A stretch of 64,000 nucleotides of DNA from Fistulifera solaris (GCA_030295235.1 AP026164.1:806001-870000); one strand, 5' to 3'. Shown: positions 1 through 12,225, numbered from the stretch's first letter. Program-made: numbers and translations. The notes: a model not told the origin generated them from the sequence alone.

Positions 1-653
1 AGCTGCTGATTCCACAATCTCCTGCTGTTCCTCTGTTAATGAATCCTCCATTGGCATCTCAACATCAAGAACCATGTCAAGCGCATATTCGTAGTAAGGT
101 ACCATGGTGTTTAATCCGGTTAGATTAAAGTCATCCTGCGAAGGAATTCGAACGAAGTAAGAAAACGCGTTGCATCGTGTTCTTGAAAGCAAAATTCGAT
201 CTGCTATCCTACCTGAATGTATTCTTCATCGACTTCGCAAAAGAATTCGTTTCCCCGTAGACCACAAAACCAAGCGATCCATGAACCATCTTCATCAGAT
301 CCTGACATTTCAGAACTCTCCTCATCTTCTTCGTCATCTTCTTCCGGAAAATTGTCATCTTCAACTCGTGCTATTCCACTTGCCTCTGGGTAAGGCTTTG
401 ATTGGGGTCCTGCATTTTGCTGTGTCGCTTTATGACTGAGTTTCGACGCTTTCGTGGGATCGATCGCGTCACTTGCTGGACTCCGGCTGATAGCCCCGTA
501 CGTATTTGCACCAGCTACACCTGCCGGCGGTTCCAGCCGCCGAGGTGAATGAACGCCGTGCTTTTGTTCTCCGATATCTCCTTTATTGTTGTCTTTCAGT
601 GACATGCGCGCCATCATTTCCTCTGGTACAGGATCGACCCGCCGTGGAGACAT
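1..653 (-). CDS. CSNK2B: Casein kinase II regulatory (beta) subunit, 5' part (runs off the window start)
   Basis: [24 protein letters not shown], then GT-AG intron 136-212, then [24 protein letters not shown]...EIVESA. This is the diagnostic CK2-beta N-terminus. Confidence 0.93.
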
Positions 654-1277
654 TGGCCTATCGACTGTATCCGCACCTTCCGATTCTTGTCTGGTCGCGT
701 TGCGCTAACGCGTACTTCTTGCGTGGATTCTTTGCTCTCATGAGCCTGACTTGTCATTTTTAGACTCTGTAATGATGTCTTTGTTTTCTTAAACAATGGA
801 TACAATGGTCCGCTGCATCAAGACTCTTTTCGGATGGACACGGGGCAGCGTCTTAAACGACAAAACGCGATCCAACTTCGGACTTCGGACGACATTCATA
901 ATTCATAGTAGTAGTTCAAGCAATGACCAGTTCGCGGTACTGTTTTATTAAGTATGAAATATAGGATCAATATTTAATTCCGTATTAAAGCGTCGTAACG
1001 GTACGTACCTGTTCAGTCACGAGTCACAATTCGTCCTCCCGCCTCCGCCGCTCATTTCTCTTTTCTCTATCTCTTGTCGAGCATTTTTGCTGCTCTAGCC
1101 TTCGGTCGTTGTTATATTCATCATATTCATTTCAGAGCTCTTGTTTTCTGCCAAAGTGCACGGCTCTGTAGGAATATTGACGGCTAGCACTGTAAAAGGA
1201 GAGAAGATCCCAGCGACGACCCTGAATAAAGCATTCAGCACCCTCTTTCCTATTCCGCAGTCCTTTTCGAAAAAGGC

Positions 1278-1775
1278 ATGTCGAACTATACTTCGAGTAG
1301 TGAATCAAGCATTGACATCGACAAGCTAAGTCTGGAGGAATTAAATCAACTCAAAAATGCAGAAGAAAGCCGGTTACAGTCCTTGACGAGCCATTTGGCG
1401 CAACTTCGTCAGGCGTCGGTCAAGATACAAGCGAGTCACCGTGCTGTTTCGGAAATGGGTCCTGCTGTCGATGGAAAGTCAATCATGGTACCTCTTACCG
1501 AATCTGTATACGTTCCAGGGAGAATCAAAGATCCGAACAAGCTTCTCATTGAATTAGGTACCGGCTATTTCGCAGAAAAGACTTCCAAAGAAACCCTAGC
1601 ATATCTGGATCGTAAATCCAGACTCGTCAATGCGAACAGTGAAAATGTTTCAGCAGTCATTCAAGGAACGAGAAGAAACCTTGAGGCTATTGTGACTGCG
1701 ATGCAAGGTAAAATGCTGGAAATCCGTGCACGACAAGAGGGGAGAGTCCACCAAGCTGCGGCAAAAGCTGAATGA
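1278..1775 (+). CDS. PFDN5: Prefoldin subunit 5 (alpha type)
   Basis: Coiled coil plus MVPLTESVYVPG...LLIELGTGYFAEK beta-hairpin motif. Confidence 0.92.
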   Translation: MSNYTSSSESSIDIDKLSLEELNQLKNAEESRLQSLTSHLAQLRQASVKIQASHRAVSEMGPAVDGKSIMVPLTESVYVPGRIKDPNKLLIELGTGYFAEKTSKETLAYLDRKSRLVNANSENVSAVIQGTRRNLEAIVTAMQGKMLEIRARQEGRVHQAAAKAE

Positions 1776-1925
1776 ATAGGCGAAGTATACAAATTTCGAA
1801 CTCTGTAAAGCATGGATTAAAGAACTAAAGCTTTAACTTTCACGATACTTCTTTCACACAATACGACATCTCAAGTAGTATCATGACGCAAAATGGACTC
1901 CCCGTTGACCTGATACATAATTCGT

Positions 1926-2890
1926 TTAAACTCTCCGGATAAACTCAGCACGGCGATTCGGACCTCGATACAGGTAAAGTGTTCCGGTCAAAAGCTTAAT
2001 CTGTAAGCACTTTTCGTCGCCACTGGGTTTGGGACGTTTGTTTTTGAACGGCTTGTGCGGGGGCATCTTCCGCTTTTGCTTCCCTTCCTCCATAGGCTGC
2101 GGAACTCCAAACTCATCAATGATAGCCTGACGACGGCGACTGCGCTGCTCACGAGCCGAGGCCTTTTTCCTACGAGCTTCTGCAGTTTCTGGAACCGATG
2201 AATCAGAGGCAATGGGGGAGCTCTCCTGGGACTTTTTAGCATCTTTGGAATTGTCGTCCGACGGTTGCCCCGGTAGGGGTTCGGACAATTCAGCAACCTC
2301 GTCAACCGGAGAAGTTGTTAGTCTTCCTTTTCCCTTGTGGGTAGTATTTACTGTCGATCTATTAGTAGCACTATCCATGGAGATGCGGTTCAGTTCTCCT
2401 TCCCCGCTGGACGTGTCTGACGAGCGTCTGCCGTCGTCGACTTTCGTAAAGGAGTGTTCGTAGACCTCTTCGTCTTTATAAGGACCTTCAAACTTTATCA
2501 GCCATCGCGGATGGACAGAGCTATACGTTAAAGTGAAATCAGTAAGTTGTTCGTGTCTAATGATGTGTAGCGTGTTGCAAAAGATACAGCCCAACCTATG
2601 AATCATCATCGACAATCGCCGATAGCATCTTGTTGACTTACCTTCCTTCCGTTAGGAGTTGGGCGAGAACGGCTCTCAAGGAAACGTTGTTCCGATGAAT
2701 CTACATCAAGAAAGTGCGGAACGAAAAGATGGGTCAGACGAGAGTTATAGCAATTGCCCGATAGCGCACGGCCGTCAGCGTGTAGTCCCTGGTCAAGGCG
2801 AGCCACCCAACTTACCTCCACAACATCACCGACGTTGAACTCCGACGTTTGCTTCTTTGGAGCCCTTCGAGATCTTCTCAATGCCTCCAT
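1926..2890 (-). CDS. Uncharacterised protein with a Tudor/Agenet-like N-terminus and conserved C-terminal motif (paralogue A)
   Basis: ATG at 2890; GT-AG introns 2701-2815 and 2521-2641 restore the frame: FNVGDVVEIHRNNVSLRAVLAQLLTEGSSVHPRWLIKFEG...; ends IKLLTGTLYLYRGPNRRAEFIRRV. Confidence 0.75.
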
Positions 2891-3551
2891 GTTTTTATAG
2901 CAACCAACTTGTAATATGGACTTCAATGGTTTAGGTAGTCTAATGCCGTTGACGGTGTAATTCTTTTTGAGTTTTGAGAAACGGCAATAATACCACGGAA
3001 GAAGACTTTGGTCATGTTTTTTTGTCGTCTCCATTCTCCTGTTTGAAAGGTGAACAATCAATAGTGATTTTCACTTCAAGCAGTATACTATGCAAGTCTG
3101 TCGAATGGGTAGTAGTTGGAGAATGATCCCTTTGTTCTTTTCAGCTTATATTCCAGAACCGTTAATCAATATAGAAGTAGTCTTGCGACGTTGAAGGTCG
3201 GAGTGACCGGCGCGACGCGTCGTGCACATGATACATTACTGTACCGGAGGGCCGTGGCTATGGGTCTTTCAGTGCTGTAGGATTTACACTCGTTACAGTA
3301 CACTTTTCAGCAGATTTTTGTTAAGATCACCAATCACAATCACAAAGCGATCGCAAAATTTTCCGCCGTTTCTGTCTTCTGTCGGCTTGAACCTTCCGCC
3401 ATGTTCTTGTTCTGGTGGTGCTGAGCCGAACGTCAAATAATAATCATACAGAGGATTGTTCGGGTGAAGAATCCAGCTTGGTTGCCACCGCTCATACCCC
3501 CACCGAGCTCTCGTTGTAAACACTGCTTCACTATCAGGCGACTTTGCTAAC

Positions 3552-4312
3552 ATGTCCGAGTCCCTTCGTCGATCCTCGCGCCGATCGAAGAAGCGGACTT
3601 ACAGTGTTGGCAATCTTGTTGAGATTTTCTCAAAGGTCAGTGAGGTATCACTAGAAAATTTGCTCTCTATTTCAACTGTAACTTATCTCTGTCTTTTGCA
3701 GGACGATGGTGACACCGTAGTAGCGAAGGGTCGCCTGATCGCGAATATTTCCGATGACCCGGCAGCTGACCATCAATGGTTGGTTGAAATCGATGGCGGT
3801 CTTCCACCCAAGGAAGAGATGCACGAAAGTAGACTCGGAGAAATTCTCGGAAAGGTAGACGCATCCGTGGCAGCACTTGCTATTCAGCCACCTTCTCGTA
3901 GTCTCAAGAGCAGCACCTCCTCAGTGACATCCAGCAAGGAAGTAAAGAATAAACTCTCACCTAAGGAGACAACCGACAGCACACAGATATCTGAAACTGG
4001 TAACGCACGAGCTTCTTCCAGTATTGGGAAGGGGAAAGCATCCAAAGGCAAGAAGGTAGAGCTTCAAGATCCGCTTTCGAGTTCCGAAGGATCTTTGTCT
4101 CCTCTTGACCAAGATGCTTCTCCTGAATTGCCGGCAAACAATAACCGCAATGAGCGTCGATTGCATCATCCACTGAAGGATATTCCTAGGCCGCTCAAGA
4201 AACAGAAAATTGCGAAACAAAAGAAGAAGTTGTGCGCATTCCTATGAAAACGGGAATCCTTTTGCTTTACAGAGGGGTAAATCGACGAGCCGAATTTGTT
4301 CGCAAGGCCTAG
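3552..4312 (+). CDS. Uncharacterised protein with a Tudor/Agenet-like N-terminus (paralogue B), 1-nt frameshift near 4220
   Basis: YSVGNLVEI...QWLVEIDG; in-frame intron 3636-3701; the shifted frame ends VVRIPMKTGILLLYRGVNRRAEFVRKA* (TAG 4310-4312), matching paralogue A. Confidence 0.72.
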
Positions 4313-4494
4313 CACTCTGTTTGCCTTTCACTCACAAAGCTAGTAGGGACTCGAACACTATAGTTATCATCATCTTTAAAAGCGTCTACAAATCATTGCT
4401 CACGGGCACGACAATAAGAATGAACAAAGAGAACAGATTTTTCTTAGGCCTTAATAAAAGGGCTGCCTGTCCTAAAACAGAAACTCTGTGTATT

Positions 4495-4665
4495 GTTTAC
4501 GCTCCAGAAATTCTGGATACTGTGTTTACGTGAAAAAGTTATGCTGTGTATGGTCCAGAAATTCTGGATATGCTGTTTACGTGGGACAGTTATTCTGTGT
4601 ATGCTGTATGCTCCAGGAATTCTTGAGAAGATGTATTTTGCTGAACAGTAATTCTGGGGTTTGTG
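4495..4665. repeat. Degenerate tandem repeat with CCAGAAATTCTGG hairpin core (cluster 1)
   Basis: ccagaaattctggata...gtttacgtg occurs twice about 50 nt apart, plus decayed copies (ccaggaattcttg, cagtaattctggg). Confidence 0.7.
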
Positions 4666-5216
4666 TCCTAGTGGTTTCTCGTTCGGTACTCGTACCCCCT
4701 AACGGCCAACGGTCACAACCGTTTTTCGAGAAAGCCTCGACCATCGACCGTGCCGAACTGCCCAACTCCAATGAGCGACTGATGCACACACTTTGAAGCA
4801 GTCTCCGGTCGTCGGCACAGCAAGGGGCATATGTCAACGTAAAGCATTTCATAATCACATGCAGGACGGTGAAGGGAACGCGTTGATACAATCGGATGTT
4901 TTTGATGCCGCATCTTACTCATTTTTCGCCAAACAATTATTCTTCTTTTAAAGGATCCAACCCGAACCCCCTTTCGATATCTATTTTGAGAGCAGTGGAA
5001 AGCGCTAACACTGAAACGCTTGAAGCTGATATCATTGATCACTGATCACATATGCTTTCGAACGTGCCAACTTTGCCGCGTGAGTAGTCGATATTCGGTG
5101 TTGACTGTTTCTTGTGAACCGGGCAATGGTTGTTGATAACAACAGTAGATGGGTTGCATTCGAAGATCTTCGTACTCCCGTCGAAGTGAGATCTGTTGTT
5201 GTAGAGCGTAAATTCA

Positions 5217-7145
5217 ATGCTTCTCCACACAAAAAAATCACAGGGGCAATCGTGGAATAAGGCTAACGTGGAATCTTCGAGTATTTCGATATCCCGACAA
5301 GGATCGCGCCTCTCGAACGATGGTTTGCCACCAAGCAGCCGCTTCTCTGCTACTACTGATCGATCTACGAAAAAGTCTAGCTGTCGCGAACGCGATCAGA
5401 TGATTCTTTCTCGTCAAGAAAGCAACACGTCTAGGCGCAGTATAATGTCCGATGAGCGTGAAAAAGCAAGACCTGATGCCGTTCAATATCGAACAATAAT
5501 TTACCCCGCCGCAAATATAGATGGAGCTTCTTCTCAAATGTCCGCATTTTCTTCAGTGAGGGGACGAAAACACTATGAATATCCTAATAATATGCAGGAC
5601 GCGCCTGTGAGAGGACGTAGCAGAGGACACAGTGAGGAATTACGTCTGACGGATCCTTCGTTTCACCATCGTAGGCGTTCTTTGAGTCGTGCTCGATCTA
5701 CTGCTTCCGCTAGAGCCTCGACTGCGATTCACACGAACCAAAGCCGAGAAGGAGCTTCAAGTCGGTCGCGGCTTCCGCCTATCTCAACGAGTGCTAGTCA
5801 AAGAGCTTTTTCACGATCGCAAAGCTTAACACGTGTTACTAGTCCGTCGTCACTCGCAAGTCGAAATGATTCGATGTCAGTGGCAGGTCGAAGCAGTAGC
5901 AGACCGCCTTCCGCGAGTTCGTATCGTCAGAATAATACACCAATCACCATTTCAGATCTGAACATAGGAGGGGGCTCCAGTGCTGAGCGACCTGAATTGG
6001 CAATTGAAAGCAGCAAGCTATCTCAACGAACAAGATCCTTGGGAAAGTTTTTTGGTGTCCAGGGAAGAAAATCTAGCAATACAGATCTGGATTGTCGAAT
6101 CCGTCCACGGACACTTTTGGCAGCAACAGTCTATCACAATGCAGCAACCGGACTGTGGATCACTACTATTAATACCAACCAGCGTGGGGTAGCAAAGGAT
6201 CCAAATTTGGCCAATAAGTATCTGAAGGCTTTCTCCTTTCATACGGAGCATGAAGCTCGGGAGTCAGCTATTGCAAATGCCCCACCGAAAATGGTTCCAC
6301 TTAGCGAGTCTCCGTCTTGCTTCATGTGCGAAGGGACGTTCAACGTGTTTCGTCGTCCGCGTCACTGTCGAAATTGCGGTGTTTGCGTTTGTAAGGACTG
6401 CTCTACGAGCTGGTCGGCAAAACAAATTCCTGAGACCTACAATCTCAAAAACAAGACCTCCGTGAATATCTGCAAAGGCTGCGAAATTCTCAGTTCCAAA
6501 TTCAAGGAGGCTCTCCTTGTAGGAAATCTGGATGATGCGATTTCCGTCTATGGCTCTGGCAACGTCAATCTAAGAACACCATTTCCACAGCGCAACAAGA
6601 AAGGGGAACTCATTTATCCCGTCATGTGCGCCGTACAAGGTGGTAATCTCGACGTTGTGCGCTGGCTAGTAGAGGATCATTTTTGTCCCATCAAACAGGT
6701 TCAGCAGACTGGATTAAATAGAGCTTCAAAGCGGGGAGAAGGCGCCTTGATGACTACATCCAAAGGGAGAACGGTTCTCAGTATTGCCTTGGAAGGTCTA
6801 CAGATTGACATCTTGAGATACTTTGTCGTCGATTGTCGAATGTCCCTTCACGGAGTAGCAGACTTGAAAACAGTACTCAAGGCTCTGGAAGCTACCCTCC
6901 AATCTCTCCCTCCGCCCAGAAGTCGAAGTCGAGCACTTGCAGATGATGGCTTCCACTTTGTCAAATGGGATAAAGCAAGCGTTGATGGATTGTCAGAATC
7001 AAGCAGCTTGGGAACGGAGGACTACGCCGAGAATGACTCAATTGCCATGAAGTCGTATCGGGCTCGCGGAAATCGCAGTAATTCTGTACACATTCCCAAG
7101 AAAACATTCCCCACCGTCATTGATGTCCTTCGGCAACAAAACTAG
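5217..7145 (+). CDS. Atypical FYVE zinc finger plus ankyrin-like protein (paralogue 1; RING missing or decayed)
   Basis: Ser/Arg-rich N-terminus; CFMC...RRPRHCRNCGVCVCKDC...CKGC; GNVNLRTPF...YPVMCAVQGGNLDVVRWLV. Confidence 0.82.
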   Translation: MLLHTKKSQGQSWNKANVESSSISISRQGSRLSNDGLPPSSRFSATTDRSTKKSSCRERDQMILSRQESNTSRRSIMSDEREKARPDAVQYRTIIYPAANIDGASSQMSAFSSVRGRKHYEYPNNMQDAPVRGRSRGHSEELRLTDPSFHHRRRSLSRARSTASARASTAIHTNQSREGASSRSRLPPISTSASQRAFSRSQSLTRVTSPSSLASRNDSMSVAGRSSSRPPSASSYRQNNTPITISDLNIGGGSSAERPELAIESSKLSQRTRSLGKFFGVQGRKSSNTDLDCRIRPRTLLAATVYHNAATGLWITTINTNQRGVAKDPNLANKYLKAFSFHTEHEARESAIANAPPKMVPLSESPSCFMCEGTFNVFRRPRHCRNCGVCVCKDCSTSWSAKQIPETYNLKNKTSVNICKGCEILSSKFKEALLVGNLDDAISVYGSGNVNLRTPFPQRNKKGELIYPVMCAVQGGNLDVVRWLVEDHFCPIKQVQQTGLNRASKRGEGALMTTSKGRTVLSIALEGLQIDILRYFVVDCRMSLHGVADLKTVLKALEATLQSLPPPRSRSRALADDGFHFVKWDKASVDGLSESSSLGTEDYAENDSIAMKSYRARGNRSNSVHIPKKTFPTVIDVLRQQN

Positions 7146-7595
7146 ATTGTCTGGATGTTTCTTTGTGGTCATCAGATCTCAGCCGGCTGCCTGTTGGAAT
7201 GGCCAAGGAATTAATTTACCAGTTTTCGACCAAATCTCTGATTCCTTAGCCGTCAAAAAAACTGTCGATGCTTTGCAGTTTCTCACTGATACATCTCATA
7301 AAAATTTATATTGTATTCATAATTTTCATGACGTTTGAAAGTATCAATTTTAGCTAGAGTGAACTAAAAGGGAATTATTACGCAACTGGAAACGGTACTC
7401 AAGCACAGTTTAGCTTATATTCGAATACCGATGCGTTTTTGTATCTTAAGGTTTTTATTGCTTATTTAATACCAGAACACGATGGAGTGATGAATGTGGC
7501 ATGTGCAGGGGAAAATGGAGATCTAGTTATTCAGACTAGTCTATTAATCGAATGCATGAGCTAGTGATGAGGCGCAACTTACTTCTTTAGAAAGG

Positions 7596-10500
7596 ATGTC
7601 GTCGAGAGAAGAGGAGGACCAGGCTGAGGAGCACAGAGACGGTCAGAGGGACGGTAATAATCTCCTCGTAGCAGTTGGATTTCCCATTGACTCGGAACTC
7701 GATTCCAGTGCAAGTTCTCAAGGAGGTTCTACTTTCTTATCGGGTAGAGAAACCAACAACATGGATTCTTCGAACACAAGAAACCAGGGAACTCCTTTTG
7801 TACATCATAGTTTTGGACACGAGGAGATCTACGCTGTTACCACACTCGTTGAAGAAGAGAAGACAGAAATTGTAGCATTAGCCTCTACGCAAATAGGTAC
7901 TTTCGATCAATCCGCTGCGTCTGCTGCTGTAATTGATACTGGAGAAGAAGATCTTGATGAAGATGAGCTGTTAACAAGAGAGTTAAAACGAGCAGCATAT
8001 GGAGGCTACTATGTAAGAGATACGACAGACGATTATGAGTTTCACCCCACATCCTTTCCACCCCAGGCAACAATTGTAGCGATCGGTGATCATCAGGACG
8101 CAGATTTGACACTTGGGGCTGTTCACGCGACCTTCGTCGGACAAGATTACGCTCAGTTGAGCACCGACACGCTCATCAATGCTGGTTTAGACAGAGAATC
8201 TTCACGAAATGAATCCGACCGACACACCATTCCCGACAACGACACAGCAGAAGCTATGGTCATTGATAGTGCTCCATTCGATTGCCAAGACAATATACCA
8301 GATTGGAAAGTAAACGGAGAAGCGAGAGTAATGAGCGGTGAAAGTTCTCTGTCAGCTTACGCCGGAAACAAGCTATCAACAAACGAATCAGAAGGTTTCT
8401 CGTCTATCATTTCGGGTCGATTAATGGAAAAACCTTCTGCTGTATCAGGAATTGAATCGAGAACCAACAATCAACATGGGACTGCTAGCCAAGAAGCAGA
8501 AGTACTAGGATTTCGAGAAATCCACCCGAGTGAGTTTCCGCACGAGACAACACATGCGGAGCTCATCTCACAAGGTTCAATGGTTGCCGCCGCTGATGCT
8601 TTGGTGATCGATAGCAATGATAGGCATCCAAATAGAGCGTATGTTGGAGATAGTACAATATTATACGAGGGAGATACTCATGATGGTCAACAAGCTGAAG
8701 TTTTGGGAATCCAGGAAGATGTTCATCCAAACGAGTTCCCAAACGAGACACATGCGCATTTCGTTGGACAAGTAACAGCAGCGCACTCGGAATCGTTTGA
8801 GAGATTTAGTTCTGAAGTTGTGGATCCAGTTTATTTATACGGTGCGGCGAGAGAGCACACCATGAATGAAGCAGAACTTAACCAAACTGCGACACTTATC
8901 ACTGATGCGCGCTTCGAAACGCCTTTACGGGAGACTGCCGCGAGCGCGCCCATGGAAGCAGCAGAATCTACTTTTGTTTCGAATCACGTTTCGCCGAATA
9001 ATGCAACTGTATTGCCTTTCGCATCGATGCCCATTGAAGATTATAGAGACGAAGCAGTTGTTCTTTGTGTCTCAACCGGTGAGGAACGCGCTTCGGCCTG
9101 GCCTGAAAAAGTTCCCGTAAATCATTTCAATTACAATCTAGATGATGTCGTACAAGTAGAGGTATGCCAAACCCCTACAAGATCAATGAATCACAATAAC
9201 AATAGATCTGATGTTCCGGAATTCGGCTGTGGGGGCCATCCTCGTCGCAACGTGCCGCGATGCAACAGGCAAGTTAACCTGATTGACTTTTGAAAACGAT
9301 ACTTAATGGTGGCTCACCGACTCGGTCTTTGTTGCAGATCACGCATTCTTTAGCCAGGGGTACTGCGAATGTCATTGGGAATATTTTTGGGGATACAAAA
9401 CCTTCTTTTGGCGGAAGACGCAGGTCTGGGGAAACCGACAATGCAGACGCTGTTGTGCCCCGAACTCTCCTCCCGTGGTCGGTTATTCCAAATTCAGCTA
9501 CAAATACGGTAAGTCACGTACGGAGCTTATGACATGGCGTAAATAAGTTGAACATGCTCTAAAAGCCAGGTCGACACAGTGGACAGCCACAATACAGACG
9601 AATCAAAACGCACTTGAAAGAAGCGATCGTATGAGCATAGCGGAAGCTAATAAATCACTTCGAGCGTTCGTTCTGCCGACGGAAAAAGCAGCCGTGGCAT
9701 TTGCACGAGCATGGACTGTAAGTACCAATGGAAGCTTATTTTTAGAAAAATCGTCGTGCCTGACGTTGCCTCTTTAAATATAGCCACCCAGAATGAAAGA
9801 AAAAGGCCCACATTGTCACATTTGCAACTCTAAGTTTGCGTTGCTGCGTCGTCCTTGTCACTGTCGAAACTGTGGTGTGGTTGTCTGCAAGGAGTGTTCG
9901 GTAAACTGGCCTTCAAAAATGATTCCCGATACGTACAATATCAAGAAAGAAAGTTCAGTCAATGTCTGTGGTTCGTGTGATTGGTTGAGCAGTAACTTCC
10001 GCCTTGCTCTTTTGAAAGGAAATCAAGACAGAGCAGTCGCTCTTCACGCAACCGGCAATATAAATTTACATGCCCCATTCGGTAATGTGAAGGGAGAGCT
10101 CCTTTACCCCGTCCATTCTGCTGTTCTCGGTGGAAGTCTCCCTCTTTTGAAATGGTTAGTGGACGACAATAGTTGTCCTATCAAATCCCTCCGAGTGAGT
10201 GGAAGTCGAGAATATGGGGGTAGTTACATTCCCGTTGTCACTTCGAAAGGTCGTTCTCTGCTCGGTATTGCGTTAGAAAACCGAAACGTTGATATTGTCC
10301 GATACTTGGTTGTTGAAAAGGAGTCGCGCTCGCATCCGAAAAAGACGTAACATTTGAAATGCTGCTCAGGAATCTCGACCGCGTTTTGCATCTTCTTCCG
10401 GAAGATGTCGGCTCGAGTCAACCAGACGAGAGTGTGCTACTGGATCTTTCTGATAATACTTCACCAGATCCGGTTTCACGCCATGAATTCAACGAAATAC

Positions 10501-10805
10501 AATATCGAACGATGAGCGAAGAGGCTCGGGATCTCGGTGCCATTCCCCAGCCTTCAGAAATGCATGATGATTGTAAGTTTCTATTGTACGATTGTTCGAC
10601 ATACCGTGTTGTGATTGCCTCGATTACCTCTCCTCACCAAAGAAACCCTTTTCACCTCGAAGGCATAATCTGTTGTGATAGCAAAATTGATTGCGTGGCG
10701 ACTCCGTGTGGACATCAAGTTTGCTGTTTGAAGTGCTCGCAGCAAATCACGCGGTGTCCTGTTTGTTCCTCCGACTGCACATTCATGCGTGTGTTCAAAC
10801 CCTAA
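7596..10805 (+). CDS. Atypical FYVE-ankyrin-like-RING protein (paralogue 2), multi-exon
   Basis: Introns 9269-9337 (GC-AG), 9509-9579, 9718-9783 and ~10573-10662; frameshifts near 9232 and 10318; CHIC...CHCRNCG; C-terminal CIIC...CVATPCGHQVCCLKC...CPVC. Confidence 0.8.
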
Positions 10806-10962
10806 ATCTCGCTTGCTTTGGCAATTAATGTTCTGTTAATAAAATAAATATCAAAAATGTTATTGTGTATTAGTATTATTCTATGGGAGTGTCTTGAGAT
10901 TCGATTGTCGAATGGGTGTTGCAAACACATCGCCTCGTAAAATTTGGCTGACGGGAGACCGG

Positions 10963-12225
10963 TTACTGACGAAACACCTTGAGTGCGGAACATTCTGTTT
11001 TGCAAAGAGGACATTGTTTAAGCTGTTGGCCACACGTGATGCAACACATTTGATGGCCGCACGGAGTAAGGACGCAATCCATGGACTGTTCACAACAAAG
11101 ACAGCACAAGTCTTCGATGCACGTAGACGTTTCTTCGACACTTCCGTCCACCGGAATATCTACAGCTTTCGTAGGAAGAGCGCTGTCGAGAGGGTAGCCT
11201 GCTTTCAATATAGCTTCCAGTGTTTTCGGGACGAGCGCGGGGTTCTTGACATCGGTTAAAGTCAATCCTTTGCGAATGAGAAAAACGAGGATATCCAATT
11301 TGGGTCGCAATCCTGTCATGGCCAAATCGAGAAGTGTTCGGCCCGCCGAAGTCTGCACACTGAGCATACTTCCGGTCTTTGGATCGGTCCGTACCGAGAT
11401 GGGACACAGCTGTACGTCTACCAGCCACTGAACCAATTCGAAAGAACCTCCCATCACTGCCGTGTGAATCGGAAACATGGCTTCCTCCCGAATATCGGCA
11501 AACGAGGTGCGAAGGTTGACGTTGCCCTGCATATGGGAGAGGAAAGAAGAGAAAGCAATGCCGAAATGATCCGTCAGAACGCAATGTCGCGGGAGATTCA
11601 AAACTCCGGGTCCGTCGTAAATACGCACCGTTTGAAACAGTGTCTGGGCTTCCGCGAAACGGCCTTTCAAAAGAGACATACAAAACGCGTTACTCAACCA
11701 GTCACAGCTCTTACACACTCGTTGCGTCAAGGCTGCGCTGCTCGAGTACGTTTTCGGGACCATGCGAGCGCCCCACCGCACCGAGCATTTGTCACAGACA
11801 GAGGCGCCGCAATTTCGGCAGTGTCGAACGGTAGGATTCGGATGAGCTTCGCAGATTTCACAAACAATGCTCGAGCTCATTTTGGGAGGGGCGTATGATT
11901 TACAGAACGTGCGGGCTTCTTTCTCCGTTGCAAAAGGAAATTGAATGTGTCGAAGCTTTTCCGGGTTTTGTTGATCCAGACGACTAATCGTCGCGATCCA
12001 GTTCTGTGTCGTTTGACTTCGATGCACCGACCATTGCGCCAAAGTCCGTTTAATTATTTTATGGCGGTGCATCAATGACAAGTCAAAGTCTGACTGTGGC
12101 TCTGCTGCCGCTACTTGTGGGGAACGAACTTTCATAGTTACTTTGCAAAGATTGTTTATTTGTTGATGGTGTATTGCGGGTTTTTTGGAAGAAACAATAG
12201 ATGCGGAGATAGGTGGGAGAGGCAA
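10963..12225 (-). CDS. Atypical FYVE-ankyrin-like-RING protein (paralogue 3)
   Basis: CEIC...RHCRNCGASVCDKC...RVCKSC; in-frame intron ~11528-11629; GNVNLRTSF...FPIHTAVMGG; C-terminal CCLC...CVLTPCGHQMCCITC...CPLC. Confidence 0.85.
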   Translation of the reverse strand: MPLPPISASIVSSKKPAIHHQQINNLCKVTMKVRSPQVAAAEPQSDFDLSLMHRHKIIKRTLAQWSVHRSQTTQNWIATISRLDQQNPEKLRHIQFPFATEKEARTFCKSYAPPKMSSSIVCEICEAHPNPTVRHCRNCGASVCDKCSVRWGARMVPKTYSSSAALTQRVCKSCDWLSNAFCMSLLKGRFAEAQTLFQTVRIYDGPGVLNLPRHCVLTDHFGIAFSSFLSHMQGNVNLRTSFADIREEAMFPIHTAVMGGSFELVQWLVDVQLCPISVRTDPKTGSMLSVQTSAGRTLLDLAMTGLRPKLDILVFLIRKGLTLTDVKNPALVPKTLEAILKAGYPLDSALPTKAVDIPVDGSVEETSTCIEDLCCLCCEQSMDCVLTPCGHQMCCITCGQQLKQCPLCKTECSALKVFRQ

